Assembly: GCA_021734995.1 (NCBI GenBank)
Contig: JAIPHX010000003.1
Span: 11,969-75,968 of the forward strand
Origin: Minisyncoccota bacterium
Lineage (GTDB): Bacteria > Patescibacteriota > Minisyncoccia > Phycocordibacterales > UBA9973
Direction: 5' to 3'
Length of the DNA stretch: 64,000 bases
The position numbers and the translations under genes are program-made. Shown here piece after piece: positions 18,388 through 28,741 of this stretch (the stretch's first letter is position 1; every line of letters begins with the position of its first letter). The notes under the pieces were generated by a model, which did no database searches, was not told the DNA's origin, and saw nothing but the letters and a program-made list of their open reading frames with translations.

Positions 18388-18987
18388 ATGAAAAATACAT
18401 TTAATAATATAGAAAATAATAATATAAAAATTGGTTTTCCAAAGGTTTCAGAGATTGATCAGGTTTTAAATATACAAAAATTAGTTTTATTGAAAAATAA
18501 AAATTTAGGATTCAAAGAATCTTTAGAGATGGAAGGTTTTCTTGTAAATGAAATAACTAAAAATGATCTTGATTATGCAATAGAACATAATCAAAAAGAA
18601 TCTTTTTTCATAGTTTCAAGAAATAAAGATACTAAAATTAATGGTTATTTTCTTGCTTATGATATGGAATATTTTCTTGCAAATCATCCTGGTTGGTTTA
18701 TTGAATCTGGGGTTAGTCCTGAAACAATTAAAAACAAAAAAGTGCTATACGGCAAACATCTAGCTTCTGATGGAACTATCAGTGGAGTAGGAAAATCTTT
18801 AAATATGAAGATGTTTAATTTAGTAAAAAAACAAGAATATTCTCTCTATTTAGGAGAAATATGTGAGGGTCCAGTAAAAAACGATAAATCTTTAAATTTA
18901 CATTTAAACAAATTTGGAATGAAGAAGATAAGTGAGTATAAAGATTCAAATAATTTTGTTTGGGGTGTGTATGTTAAAGAAATTTAA
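18388..18987 (+). CDS. Putative GNAT acetyltransferase
   Basis: I.GYFLAY, GVGKSL, N..SL..H..FG pattern. Confidence 0.55.
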   Translation: MKNTFNNIENNNIKIGFPKVSEIDQVLNIQKLVLLKNKNLGFKESLEMEGFLVNEITKNDLDYAIEHNQKESFFIVSRNKDTKINGYFLAYDMEYFLANHPGWFIESGVSPETIKNKKVLYGKHLASDGTISGVGKSLNMKMFNLVKKQEYSLYLGEICEGPVKNDKSLNLHLNKFGMKKISEYKDSNNFVWGVYVKEI

Positions 18988-19128
18988 AGAGTTATTAGTT
19001 TGGTATGAAGTATGCTATATTTCAAAAATATCATATGTAATTATCTACAAAATATTCCATGCAGGAAAAACTAAAAAATGATACAATTTATGTATTGAAA
19101 ATAATGTATATTAAAGAGAATTAAAATT

Positions 19129-19500
19129 ATGAAAAAGAAAGAAATGGCACCAAAAATAAACATTAAAACTTTAACTGAGCGTATAATAGATTTTCGTGAT
19201 GCTAGGGATTGGAAGCAATTTCACAACCCAAAAGATATTGCGTTATCTCTTGTTTTAGAGGCAACTGAAGTGATGGAACATTTTCAATGGAAAAGTAAAG
19301 AAGAAATGGAAAAATATATTGTCACTAATAAAGCTGATATAGCTGAAGAACTTGCAGATGTTCTGTATTGGGTTTTGCTCATGAGCAGTGATTTAAAGAT
19401 TGATGTACTCAAGGCTCTCGATAAGAAAATTTTAAAAAATGAAGGGAAATATCCGGTGCACAAAGCTAAAGGGAAACATACTAAGTATACTAAATTATAA
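19129..19500 (+). CDS. MazG-like nucleotide pyrophosphohydrolase
   Basis: FRDARDWKQFHNPKD, E..EV.E.FQW, EELADV, KN..KYP. Confidence 0.92.
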   Translation: MKKKEMAPKINIKTLTERIIDFRDARDWKQFHNPKDIALSLVLEATEVMEHFQWKSKEEMEKYIVTNKADIAEELADVLYWVLLMSSDLKIDVLKALDKKILKNEGKYPVHKAKGKHTKYTKL

Positions 19501-19501
19501 A

Positions 19502-21535
19502 ATGTCTAATATTGTAACTTTTAAATATAAAAAGGAAAATTTTTATGAAATAAAACAATTTAATTTTGGGAGAAATTGGCCAGTAGTCTATTTAATTGAA
19601 GACAAAAAAGAGATTTATATTGGGCAAACAATTAATGCATATTACAGAAGTAAGCAACATTATGAAAATCCAGACAGAAGAAAACTGAGTGAAGTGCATA
19701 TTATAACAGATGAAGAATTTAATGTTTCTGCCACGTTAGATATTGAGTCTTGGCTCATTCAATATATTTCTGCTGATGGTAAATATATATTACAGAATGG
19801 AAATAGCGGGCTTAAAAATCATAATTATTATGATCGTATAAAATACAAAACCAAATTTGAAATAGCATGGAACGAGTTGAGAAAGATGGGATTAGTTAAA
19901 AATTCTTTAGAAGATTTAAAAAATAGTGATTTGTTTAAATATTCGCCATATAAATCTCTTACAGAAGATCAATTTTTTATTGCAAGAAAGATTTTTAGAG
20001 ATATTAAAAGAAACAAAAACAATACTTTTGTTATAAATGGTAAACCTGGTACAGGTAAAACAATTTTAGCTACATACCTTTTTAAATATTTAAAAGAACA
20101 AGATGAAACAAAAAATATGAAAATTGGTCTTGTTATTCCGATGACTTCATTGCGTACAACTTTAAAAAGAGTTTTTAGTAAAATAAAAGGATTGAAATCA
20201 AATATGGTTATTGGGCCGAACGGTGTTGTTCAAGAACAATATGATCTATTGATAGTCGACGAAGCACATAGATTACAACGAAGGAAAGGTATTATGGGTT
20301 TTGGTGCCTTTGATAATATAAATCGTCGGCTTGATTTAGGAAACAATGGTACACAGCTTGATTGGGTTATGAAATCTTCTAAACATCAAGTTTTCTTTTA
20401 TGATGAAAATCAAAGCATAAAACCTGCTGATATTAGATCTGATGATTTTAAAAATCTTAAAACAAAGAGATATGAATTAAAATCTCAGATGCGAGTGGAA
20501 GCAGGAGAAGAATATATCAAATCTATTGAAGATTTTTTTGATTTAAAAATTCCTCAAAATACAAGTTTTCTAAATTATGATTTAAAAATTTTTGATGAGG
20601 TAAAAGAAATGATTACTTTGATTAAAGAGAAAGACAAAAATTATAAATTATCTCGTGTAGTTGCTGGTTACGCATGGCCATGGCATACAAAGCCAAAAAG
20701 TAAATCAACTAAAAAACATGATATTGAGATAAGTGATTTAAAACTTGTTTGGAATTCTACAGCTCAAGATTGGGTTAATTCCCATAATGCTATAAATGAA
20801 GTTGGTTGTATCCATACTGTGCAAGGTTATGATTTAAATTATGTTGGAGTTATCATTGGACCAGAGTTTTATTATGACCCAATCAAGAAAAAATTTGGAG
20901 TAAATCGTGAACAATATTTTGATGTCAATGGAAGAAATGGTATTACAGATCCGAATGAATTAGAAAGATATATTATTAATATTTACAAAACACTTCTTAC
21001 TAGGGGGATTAAAGGAACTTATATTTATGTTGTAGATGAAAATTTAAGGGATTATTTTAAAAAACAATTTAAACAAAAAGTTTCCGAAACAGGTCTAAAG
21101 GAATTTTATAATACAGAAATGATAACCTCTCCTTTCACAATGGAAATGATTAGAATTCCATTAGTTGGTTCTGCTCCATGCGGAAATCCTTTTCTTGGTG
21201 AAGAAAACATAGAGCAGTATATTGAAGTTGAAAAAAATAAAATTAAACCTGGAACAAAATATTTCATAGTTAAAGCAAATGGAGATTCAATGAATAAAGC
21301 AGGTATTAATGATCAAGATTTAGTACTTTGTCGTTACTCTGAAAAAGGTGAAACGGGTGATAAGGTTATTGCATTACTTGATGGTGAAAATGTTACCATA
21401 AAATATTACGATAAAAAAAATGGGCGTAGAATTTTGTTGCCAAAAAGTACAAATATAACACATCAACCAATTTTCCCTAAAGAAGGTGATATAGTTCAGG
21501 GGATTGTTCAAGAAGTTTTGAATAAAAAATCTTAA
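19502..21535 (+). CDS. GIY-YIG nuclease + DUF2075 (Schlafen group 3-like) helicase + C-terminal LexA/UmuD-type S24 peptidase
   Basis: VVYLI...IYIGQT..R..QH; GKPGTGKT; VDEAHRL; VGCIHTVQGYDL; LLTRG; C-term IPLVGSAPCG, GDSM, VTIK; start ATG 19502. Confidence 0.88.
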   Translation: MSNIVTFKYKKENFYEIKQFNFGRNWPVVYLIEDKKEIYIGQTINAYYRSKQHYENPDRRKLSEVHIITDEEFNVSATLDIESWLIQYISADGKYILQNGNSGLKNHNYYDRIKYKTKFEIAWNELRKMGLVKNSLEDLKNSDLFKYSPYKSLTEDQFFIARKIFRDIKRNKNNTFVINGKPGTGKTILATYLFKYLKEQDETKNMKIGLVIPMTSLRTTLKRVFSKIKGLKSNMVIGPNGVVQEQYDLLIVDEAHRLQRRKGIMGFGAFDNINRRLDLGNNGTQLDWVMKSSKHQVFFYDENQSIKPADIRSDDFKNLKTKRYELKSQMRVEAGEEYIKSIEDFFDLKIPQNTSFLNYDLKIFDEVKEMITLIKEKDKNYKLSRVVAGYAWPWHTKPKSKSTKKHDIEISDLKLVWNSTAQDWVNSHNAINEVGCIHTVQGYDLNYVGVIIGPEFYYDPIKKKFGVNREQYFDVNGRNGITDPNELERYIINIYKTLLTRGIKGTYIYVVDENLRDYFKKQFKQKVSETGLKEFYNTEMITSPFTMEMIRIPLVGSAPCGNPFLGEENIEQYIEVEKNKIKPGTKYFIVKANGDSMNKAGINDQDLVLCRYSEKGETGDKVIALLDGENVTIKYYDKKNGRRILLPKSTNITHQPIFPKEGDIVQGIVQEVLNKKS

Positions 21536-21574
21536 ATTATTTATTAATAATTGTTCAAAACAATATTATATAGA

Positions 21575-22054
21575 ATGAATAAAACCACAAACTCTCAAGA
21601 ATCTAAAGGACGTGTACGTTTAAAAAAACTTGAAAAAGAAGGGAAGTGGGTTTTTCATGGTTCTGGATTAAAAATAAATATATTAGAGCCCCATCAAGCT
21701 TACAATTATCCAAAGAGTTCAGGGACAAAAGGGGTACCAGATGACAAGCCTGCAGTGTTTGCTTCTGTTTTTGCTGATGTTGCGATTTTTATGGCTGTGG
21801 TTAATAAATTAAATGCTCCATATAATTTTCGAAGTGGTTTTAGTGTGCATGGTGATAATACTTTTGAGTTTAGAGCGACAAAAGAAACAATGGAGCAAAT
21901 TCAGAACGTGAAAGGATATGTGTATGTGTTTGATAAATCAAAATTTAAAAATCGTTCTACGAGTGAATTACTGTCTTATAAAGCTGTCATACCAGATGAA
22001 ATGATTGTGGTTAATGAAAAAGATTTACCAAAAAATATTACTAGCATAAATTAA
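21575..22054 (+). CDS. Hypothetical protein, possible ADP-ribosyltransferase fold
   Basis: VFHGS...LEP...AVFAS...GYVY pattern. Confidence 0.5.
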   Translation: MNKTTNSQESKGRVRLKKLEKEGKWVFHGSGLKINILEPHQAYNYPKSSGTKGVPDDKPAVFASVFADVAIFMAVVNKLNAPYNFRSGFSVHGDNTFEFRATKETMEQIQNVKGYVYVFDKSKFKNRSTSELLSYKAVIPDEMIVVNEKDLPKNITSIN

Positions 22055-22083
22055 TAGATTTTAGAAATATAATATTAAATTTT

Positions 22084-22587
22084 ATGAAAATAACAGAAGA
22101 CTATTTAGAACAACATACTGGGCATAAATATATTTTTGAATATGAAGAAGTGGATTCTTTTGATGATTTACCGTATGAAAAATGCAGACAATGTTATGGT
22201 GTTTGTTTTTATGATGACAAGATAATAATAGTTTATAACAAGGAAAAAAATGTTTGGGGGATTATAGGGGGTACAATTGAGAAAGGGGAAACATTTGAGG
22301 AAACTCTTAAAAGAGAAGTAAAAGAAGAATCAAATATGGAAATCATAAAAGCTATCCCTATAGGATATCAAAAAGTTACTGATCCAAAAGATAAAGATTT
22401 TGTTCTTTACCAACTTCGTTATGCATGTGCTGTCCGACCATATGGTCCTTTTGTTGCTGATCCAACGGGTTCTGTAACAGAAATCAAGATAATTAACCCG
22501 AAAGACTACAAAAAGTATTTTTATTGGGGGAAAATAGGAGAAAGTATATTTAAGAGAGCTTTAGAGCTAAAAGCTGTTCTTTATTAA
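22084..22587 (+). CDS. NUDIX hydrolase
   Basis: GGTIEKGETFEETLKREVKEESN Nudix box. Confidence 0.92.
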   Translation: MKITEDYLEQHTGHKYIFEYEEVDSFDDLPYEKCRQCYGVCFYDDKIIIVYNKEKNVWGIIGGTIEKGETFEETLKREVKEESNMEIIKAIPIGYQKVTDPKDKDFVLYQLRYACAVRPYGPFVADPTGSVTEIKIINPKDYKKYFYWGKIGESIFKRALELKAVLY

Positions 22588-22701
22588 ATCGATTAAATCC
22601 ATAATACCTCATCTATTGTTTTAGTAAAAAGTTCGGTTTTTGTTTAAGAGACACAGTTTGAATTTTATTTTGTATAAATAAATTATTAGCGATATAATAA
22701 A

Positions 22702-23475
22702 GTGATGAGTGAATATAAAAAAGAATTAGAGATTGCAAAAAATATTGCAAGGGATGCAGGGTTAATTATGCTGAAGTATTTTGATGGAGATCAACATGTA
22801 GAAATCAAAGAAGACAATTCTCAAGTAACCATTGCAGACAAACTTATTAATTCTCTAGTAATAGAAAGATTGAAGGTTGTATTTCCAGAGGATGGGGTAG
22901 TAGGGGAAGAAGAAAGTAATACCGAGTATGGTACTGGAAGAAAATGGTTTTGTGATCCAATAGATGGAACAATGGCTTTTATTTGGGGCACACCTACTTC
23001 AATGTTTTCTTTGGCTCTAGTGGTTGACGGTATTCCTGTCCTTGGAGTTGTTTATGATCCGTTTCTTGATAAATTATATGAAGCAGTAGTAAACCAAGGA
23101 AGTTTTTGTAATGGGCATCCTTTAAAAGTTTCTAACAAAGAATTAAACGATGGACTTGTGGTTACTACAAGTAGTATAAATAAAATAATGAAAAGACCAA
23201 ATCATTTAGTTCGTCTGTCAGAGATGGGAGTGCGTTTTGCTACTTTTAGTGGAGCTGTGTATAAAGCTTGTCTTGTGGCTAAAGGAAAAGCAGAGGCTTA
23301 TTTTGAAGATGGTGTGAACGCTTATGATATTGCTGCAGTGCAAGTGATTGTTGAGGAAAGTGGCGGGAAAGTTACAAATATTAAAGGAGAAAAACTTGAC
23401 TATACGAAACCATTTAAGGGAGCTGTTATTTCAAACAAGACTTCCCATGATGAAATGGTTAAGTGTTGCTCTTAA
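22702..23475 (+). CDS. Inositol monophosphatase family protein
   Basis: VTIAD, GEE, DPIDGT, YDIAA motifs. Confidence 0.92.
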   Translation: MMSEYKKELEIAKNIARDAGLIMLKYFDGDQHVEIKEDNSQVTIADKLINSLVIERLKVVFPEDGVVGEEESNTEYGTGRKWFCDPIDGTMAFIWGTPTSMFSLALVVDGIPVLGVVYDPFLDKLYEAVVNQGSFCNGHPLKVSNKELNDGLVVTTSSINKIMKRPNHLVRLSEMGVRFATFSGAVYKACLVAKGKAEAYFEDGVNAYDIAAVQVIVEESGGKVTNIKGEKLDYTKPFKGAVISNKTSHDEMVKCCS

Positions 23476-23605
23476 ATGAAAAAGTGTTAAATAGCATAAA
23501 ATAAAAATTTACAAAAACGTAAAAACGGACAGATGTGTTATAATTTATAGATTACAAGAAAGGGTGAAGTTATAAGAAAATTATAATACCAAATAAGAGA
23601 CAAAA

Positions 23606-24148
23606 ATGGCTTACGAAATAGAAACAAAGGTTTTAGACATAGACTCACTTGATATAAAACAAAAACTCATTGATTTGGGAGCAAAAAAAATTCAAGAAAC
23701 ACGGCTTGTTGTTGATTGGTATAGAATATTGGGGATAAAAGAAGGAGAAGATCCGTGGTTTTTAAGAATAAGATCAAATTCAAGTGGGGGACACGAGGTC
23801 ACATGGAAGGCAAAGTCAGATATTTTAGGGGTGGCAAGAAAACATAAAGAAATTAATTTTGAAATTAATGAGCCAGAAAAATTAGCTGATTTGTTTGAAG
23901 AATTAGGGCTTGAAAAATATGGACATCAAGAGAAAGACAGAACCTCTTTTGTTTATAAAGACTGGCAGTTTGATATAGACCAATATCCTAAAATGCCTGC
24001 ATTCCTTGAGATAGAAGGTAAAAGCGAAGAGTCGGTAAGAGAGGCGATGAAAATTCTTGGGATAGAGAAGAATCCTACTTGGGCAAAAGGAGAAAGGATT
24101 TTAATTCAGGATACTTACGGTTTAGATTGGTATGATATGAGATTTTAA
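23606..24148 (+). CDS. CYTH domain protein (class IV adenylate cyclase/triphosphatase family)
   Basis: EIETK, LRIR, EK.R, FLEIE. Confidence 0.88.
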   Translation: MAYEIETKVLDIDSLDIKQKLIDLGAKKIQETRLVVDWYRILGIKEGEDPWFLRIRSNSSGGHEVTWKAKSDILGVARKHKEINFEINEPEKLADLFEELGLEKYGHQEKDRTSFVYKDWQFDIDQYPKMPAFLEIEGKSEESVREAMKILGIEKNPTWAKGERILIQDTYGLDWYDMRF

Positions 24149-24202
24149 TAAATATTTTAAAAAGATAATAAAAAAACACTCAAAGTAAAATAATATCCCC
24201 AA

Positions 24203-25462
24203 ATGAAAAAACTCAAAAACTTCTTAAAAAAGCTTGGTCCAGGATTTATCACAGGAGCAGCGGATGATGATCCTTCGGGAATGATTACTTATGCTCAGAC
24301 AGGAGCTAAGTTTGGTTACAATCAGCTCTGGACATCTCTTTTTAGTTTTCCTTTTATGACTGTCATTCAAGAGATATGTGGAAGGATCGGTATGGTTACA
24401 GGAAAAGGTCTAGCTAGTATTATTAGACATCACTATTCTAAAAAAGTTCTTTTCTTTTCTGTCATCCTTTTGTTTATTGCCAATACAATAAATGTGGGGG
24501 CGGATCTTGGAGCAATGGCTGCTTCTGGTAGGTTGCTTTTTGATATTCCTTTTGGGGTATGGCTTTTGATTATTACTATTTTTTCTGTTGTGTTGCAGAT
24601 ATATGTACCGTATCCTACTTATGCAAAATTTTTAAAATATCTCACCATCTCTTTGTTTGCTTATGTGATAGTAGCTTTTATGGTAAAGCAACCGTGGGAT
24701 CAGATTTTTTTGAAAACATTTATCCCGAGTTTTTCTTGGTCAAAAGAATATCTTTTCAATATTGTTGCAATTTTAGGAACTACCATTTCCCCATATCTTT
24801 TTTTCTGGGAGACAGATCAAGAAGCAGAGGAGGATTTTACCCAACATCGTGTGCGGTCTTATGGTAAGGGAATTCCAAAAGTCACAAAGAAAGATATAAA
24901 AGATATGAGAATGGATACATTTATTGGAATGTTTTTCTCACAGCTTATTATGTTTTTTATTATTATTACCACTGCTTCTACCTTGCATCTAAATGGAATT
25001 ACAAATATAGAGACAGCCGATCAAGCAATTCTCGCCTTGCGTCCTTTGGCAGGGGAGTTTGCTTATATTCTTTTTGCTTTTGCTATTATTGGGACAGGCC
25101 TACTTGCAGTGCCAATTCTTGCAGGATCAGCAGGATATGCTTTATCTGAAGCGCTTGGATGGAAAGCAGGATTGAATTACAAGTTTAAGCAGGCTCATTC
25201 TTTTTATTTAGTGATTGCTATTTCTACCTTGATAGGTGCCTTGATTAATTTTATTGGTATTCCTCCTTTCAAAATGCTTTATTACACTGCTATTTTTAAT
25301 GGAGTGATTTCACCACCTCTAATGGTAATGCTTATGCTTATTTCTAGTAACAAAAAGATATTAGGGGAATATACCAATGGTAGATTTTCTAATATCGCTG
25401 GGTGGATTATTACTATTGTAATGTCTATCACCGCTCTAGCCCTTTTGGTTAGTTTGTTTTAA
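24203..25462 (+). CDS. Nramp-family divalent metal transporter
   Basis: GPG.ITGAADDDPSG, GTTISPY, many TM helices. Confidence 0.9.
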   Translation: MKKLKNFLKKLGPGFITGAADDDPSGMITYAQTGAKFGYNQLWTSLFSFPFMTVIQEICGRIGMVTGKGLASIIRHHYSKKVLFFSVILLFIANTINVGADLGAMAASGRLLFDIPFGVWLLIITIFSVVLQIYVPYPTYAKFLKYLTISLFAYVIVAFMVKQPWDQIFLKTFIPSFSWSKEYLFNIVAILGTTISPYLFFWETDQEAEEDFTQHRVRSYGKGIPKVTKKDIKDMRMDTFIGMFFSQLIMFFIIITTASTLHLNGITNIETADQAILALRPLAGEFAYILFAFAIIGTGLLAVPILAGSAGYALSEALGWKAGLNYKFKQAHSFYLVIAISTLIGALINFIGIPPFKMLYYTAIFNGVISPPLMVMLMLISSNKKILGEYTNGRFSNIAGWIITIVMSITALALLVSLF

Positions 25463-25510
25463 TGTGTATAATATAGTAGTGAGAGATTAATAGTTAATCA
25501 TTTAAATAAC

Positions 25511-26056
25511 ATGAATAAAAATATTGTAATTGGGGTAGTGTTGGTGTTGGTGCTTGTGGGGGGTGTATATTATTTTTCTTCTGAAAAAAATGAAGAATCA
25601 ATGATGCAAAATGAATCAGCCGAATTGGTAGAAGAAAATACAGGAGAGGTAATGGAAGAAAAAGAAGCCGTAATGCAAGAAGAAAATGTAACAGAAGGAA
25701 GTGAAGATGAATCTGTGTCTAGCGAAGTGGTAGAAGTAATGAAGAAAGCGGGCTCTTATGAATTATATAGTGCAGAAAAAATAGCTTTAGCTTCTGACAA
25801 TAATGTAGTGCTATTTTTTAGAGCAAGCTGGTGTCCTACCTGTAAAGCGGTAGACAAAGATATTCGAGCAAATCTTGATGAAATACCAAGCGATTTAGTT
25901 TTACTTGATGTAGATTATGATAAATCTTCCGAGTTAAAAAAGAAATATGGTGTCACATATCAGCATACCTTTGTGCAAGTAGATAAAGAAGGGAATATGC
26001 TTAAAAAATGGAGTGGTAGTTCGACACTAGCTTCTATTTTGAAAGAAATAAAATAA
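25511..26056 (+). CDS. Membrane-anchored thioredoxin
   Basis: N-terminal TM, WCPTC, YGVTYQHT. Confidence 0.88.
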   Translation: MNKNIVIGVVLVLVLVGGVYYFSSEKNEESMMQNESAELVEENTGEVMEEKEAVMQEENVTEGSEDESVSSEVVEVMKKAGSYELYSAEKIALASDNNVVLFFRASWCPTCKAVDKDIRANLDEIPSDLVLLDVDYDKSSELKKKYGVTYQHTFVQVDKEGNMLKKWSGSSTLASILKEIK

Positions 26057-27804
26057 TGTTTTTGCTTCTGATTTCTTTTTTGGGTGGCGTATTGACTGTC
26101 TTGGCCCCCTGTATTTTACCACTTTTACCTGTGATTGTTGGAGGTTCTTTTGATGATACAAATGTAAACAAAAAGAAAGCATTGACTATTGTATTGTCTT
26201 TGGGTGTATCTGTAATTTTGTTTACTTTTATTTTAAAAGTTAGTACAGCTTTTATTGATATACCAGAATATACTTGGAAATTAATTTCAGGAAGTATTGT
26301 TTTGTTTTTAGGTATTACTACACTGTTTCCATCTTTATGGGAAAATAAATTCTTGGCTAAGTTGAGTGCTAGATCAAACATTCTTCTGGGAAAAGGTAAT
26401 CAAAAAAATAATTTTTGGGGAGATGTCATTGTAGGAGCTTCTCTTGGTCCGATATTTTCTACTTGTAGTCCTACATATTTTATCGTCTTAGCAACAGTGC
26501 TTCCGGTCAGTTTCTTTTTAGGTACTATTTACCTACTTGCTTACGTATTAGGTCTTTGCCTTTCTTTGTTTTTGATTGCTATTTTGGGGCAAAAGCTTGT
26601 ACAAAAGCTTGGCTTTAGTGCTGATCCAAATGGAATCTTCAAAAAAGTATTGGCTGTACTATTTATCTTAGTAGGTATTAGTATTTTGACTGGATTGGAT
26701 AAAAAGATTGAAACAAGTATTTTGAATGGTAATTATTTTGATGTCACCAAAATAGAGCAAGCTCTTTTGGAAAAGAAAAATGAAATGGAGGTAAATCAGT
26801 CTAATGAAGAGATAAACTCAGAAATAGAAAATAAAGCTGGGCTAGAAGCATTAGAAAAAATAGATGAGCCAACAATTATAAAAAAGAAAGGAGAGCGACC
26901 TCTGAAAGCTCCAGAGTTTAGCTCTATTGACGGGTATATCAATACAGAAGGTAAAATTGTTACATTAGAAAGTCTAAAAGGCAAGATTGTGCTTTTAGAT
27001 ATATGGACGTATAGCTGTATAAATTGTCAAAGAACTTTGCCGTATTTGAATTCTTGGTATGAAAAATATAGAGAAAATGGATTAGAGATAGTAGGGTTGC
27101 ATACTCCAGAATTTAGTTTTGAAAAAAATAAAAGCAATGTAGAAAATGCAGTGAAAAAATTTGGTATAAAATATCCTGTCTTTATGGATAATGATTATTC
27201 CACTTGGCGAGCATTAGGTAATCAATACTGGCCTAGAAAATATTTGATTGATGCTCAAGGATACATTATATATGACCATATAGGAGAAGGAGCTTATGAG
27301 GAAACAGAAAAAGCTATTCAAGAAGCATTGTCAGAGATAAATACAGAAAAAATAGTTGCTAAAAAAGTTCAGGCACCAAATATTGTAGATGTGAATTCTC
27401 GTAAAATAAAAAGTCATGAGACATATTTTGGTTATTCTCGTAATGAATATCTTTCCAATGGTGTAGCTTCTAAGTCTGGCGAACAAAATCTTTATTTACC
27501 AGAAAACATCTTACCAAATAAATTATATTTAGATGGGACTTGGTTTTTTAGTTCTGAATATGCTGAAAATCTTAGTAATGCCCTTATTGTATTCAACTTT
27601 GAAGCAAAGAATGTATATATGACAGCAGAATCCGAAAAGGGAGTAGATATAGAGATATACAAAGATAATGTTTTTGTGAAAAAAATAAACATTAAAAATG
27701 CTGGTCTTTATGATCTTATCTCAGGAGAAGATTATAATCAGCATACTTTGAAAATAAAGGCATTAGGTAATGGGTTAAAGGCCTTTACTTTTACTTTTGG
27801 ATAA
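26056..27804 (+). CDS. dipZ: DipZ-like CcdA-thioredoxin fusion
   Basis: APCILPLLP CcdA domain, WTYSCINC, HTPEF, GEGAY, C-terminal FTFG. Confidence 0.88.
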   Translation: MFLLLISFLGGVLTVLAPCILPLLPVIVGGSFDDTNVNKKKALTIVLSLGVSVILFTFILKVSTAFIDIPEYTWKLISGSIVLFLGITTLFPSLWENKFLAKLSARSNILLGKGNQKNNFWGDVIVGASLGPIFSTCSPTYFIVLATVLPVSFFLGTIYLLAYVLGLCLSLFLIAILGQKLVQKLGFSADPNGIFKKVLAVLFILVGISILTGLDKKIETSILNGNYFDVTKIEQALLEKKNEMEVNQSNEEINSEIENKAGLEALEKIDEPTIIKKKGERPLKAPEFSSIDGYINTEGKIVTLESLKGKIVLLDIWTYSCINCQRTLPYLNSWYEKYRENGLEIVGLHTPEFSFEKNKSNVENAVKKFGIKYPVFMDNDYSTWRALGNQYWPRKYLIDAQGYIIYDHIGEGAYEETEKAIQEALSEINTEKIVAKKVQAPNIVDVNSRKIKSHETYFGYSRNEYLSNGVASKSGEQNLYLPENILPNKLYLDGTWFFSSEYAENLSNALIVFNFEAKNVYMTAESEKGVDIEIYKDNVFVKKINIKNAGLYDLISGEDYNQHTLKIKALGNGLKAFTFTFG

Positions 27805-27832
27805 ATATTAGATTAAGCTATAATATTTAGAT

Positions 27833-28741
27833 ATGGAAGGAAATATCAAACCAAATGTAGAAAATTTATATAAGCCAAACAAAGAGAAGATTGATAAATT
27901 TATTGACCAATTTTTGTTAGAAGAAAAAAGGATAAACGAAGTTTTATTTGGTTTTTTTGGTTTAGATGCAGACGTATTATCTGAAGAAGAAAAAGAAAAT
28001 TTTATTTCCTATGCTGGATACGCTTTGAAAAGAGTTGTAAATAATGCTTTGCATGAAGAAGGTTTTGATGTTCGTGAATCAGGAAATTATCTTGATAACA
28101 ACCGTTTAAAACGTAAATATAAAGATATTTTTATGCATGATCTTGCTCATACTGTTGTCACACAATATTTGACCAATACTAAAGAATTTAACTCATCTTT
28201 TTTTAAGGGTGAAAATAATAATGTTATTCTAATAAAAGAAGAATTAATGTCTTTGCTTTTTTTTAATCCATTATCCAATAGACCGATACCATTAATGTTG
28301 TTAAAAGAAAAAACTAAAACTATATTAAAAAATATTTTAGCAAAGAATTATTTCCATGCAGATATGCTTTTAAACAAAGAATCACTTTTTCTTAGAATGA
28401 AAGAATTTGATCCTGCTAAAGATTCTCTGGAAACATTTAAAGATATTTACAAAGATATTGTCTATATTTTGGTTGCAAATATTGATGTGGAATATATTCC
28501 TGCAATTAAGGAATTAAAAAAGGTATCAAAAGAAAACAATGATGATGTTTTTATAAAATTTACGGATGATCTTTTAGAAAAAATATTTAATGAATATAAA
28601 GAAAATGAATTATTGTATTCTGAAAAAGAAACATATTCAACAAGATTATTGTATAATACTTTTATACAGATTTGTGGACCATCAATAAAAAAGGCTAGAA
28701 TAATCAAATCAAGAGTAAAAAAAGAAGAAAACAATGATTAA
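27833..28741 (+). CDS. Hypothetical protein
   Basis: 302-aa ORF in gene array; HDLAH resembles a degenerate HExxH. Confidence 0.6.
   Translation: MEGNIKPNVENLYKPNKEKIDKFIDQFLLEEKRINEVLFGFFGLDADVLSEEEKENFISYAGYALKRVVNNALHEEGFDVRESGNYLDNNRLKRKYKDIFMHDLAHTVVTQYLTNTKEFNSSFFKGENNNVILIKEELMSLLFFNPLSNRPIPLMLLKEKTKTILKNILAKNYFHADMLLNKESLFLRMKEFDPAKDSLETFKDIYKDIVYILVANIDVEYIPAIKELKKVSKENNDDVFIKFTDDLLEKIFNEYKENELLYSEKETYSTRLLYNTFIQICGPSIKKARIIKSRVKKEENND

Noticed and set aside
17750-24200. Integron cassette array
   Set aside because: No integron integrase and no recurring attC palindromes; only one attC-tail-like string (gttggagggcat near 18350)
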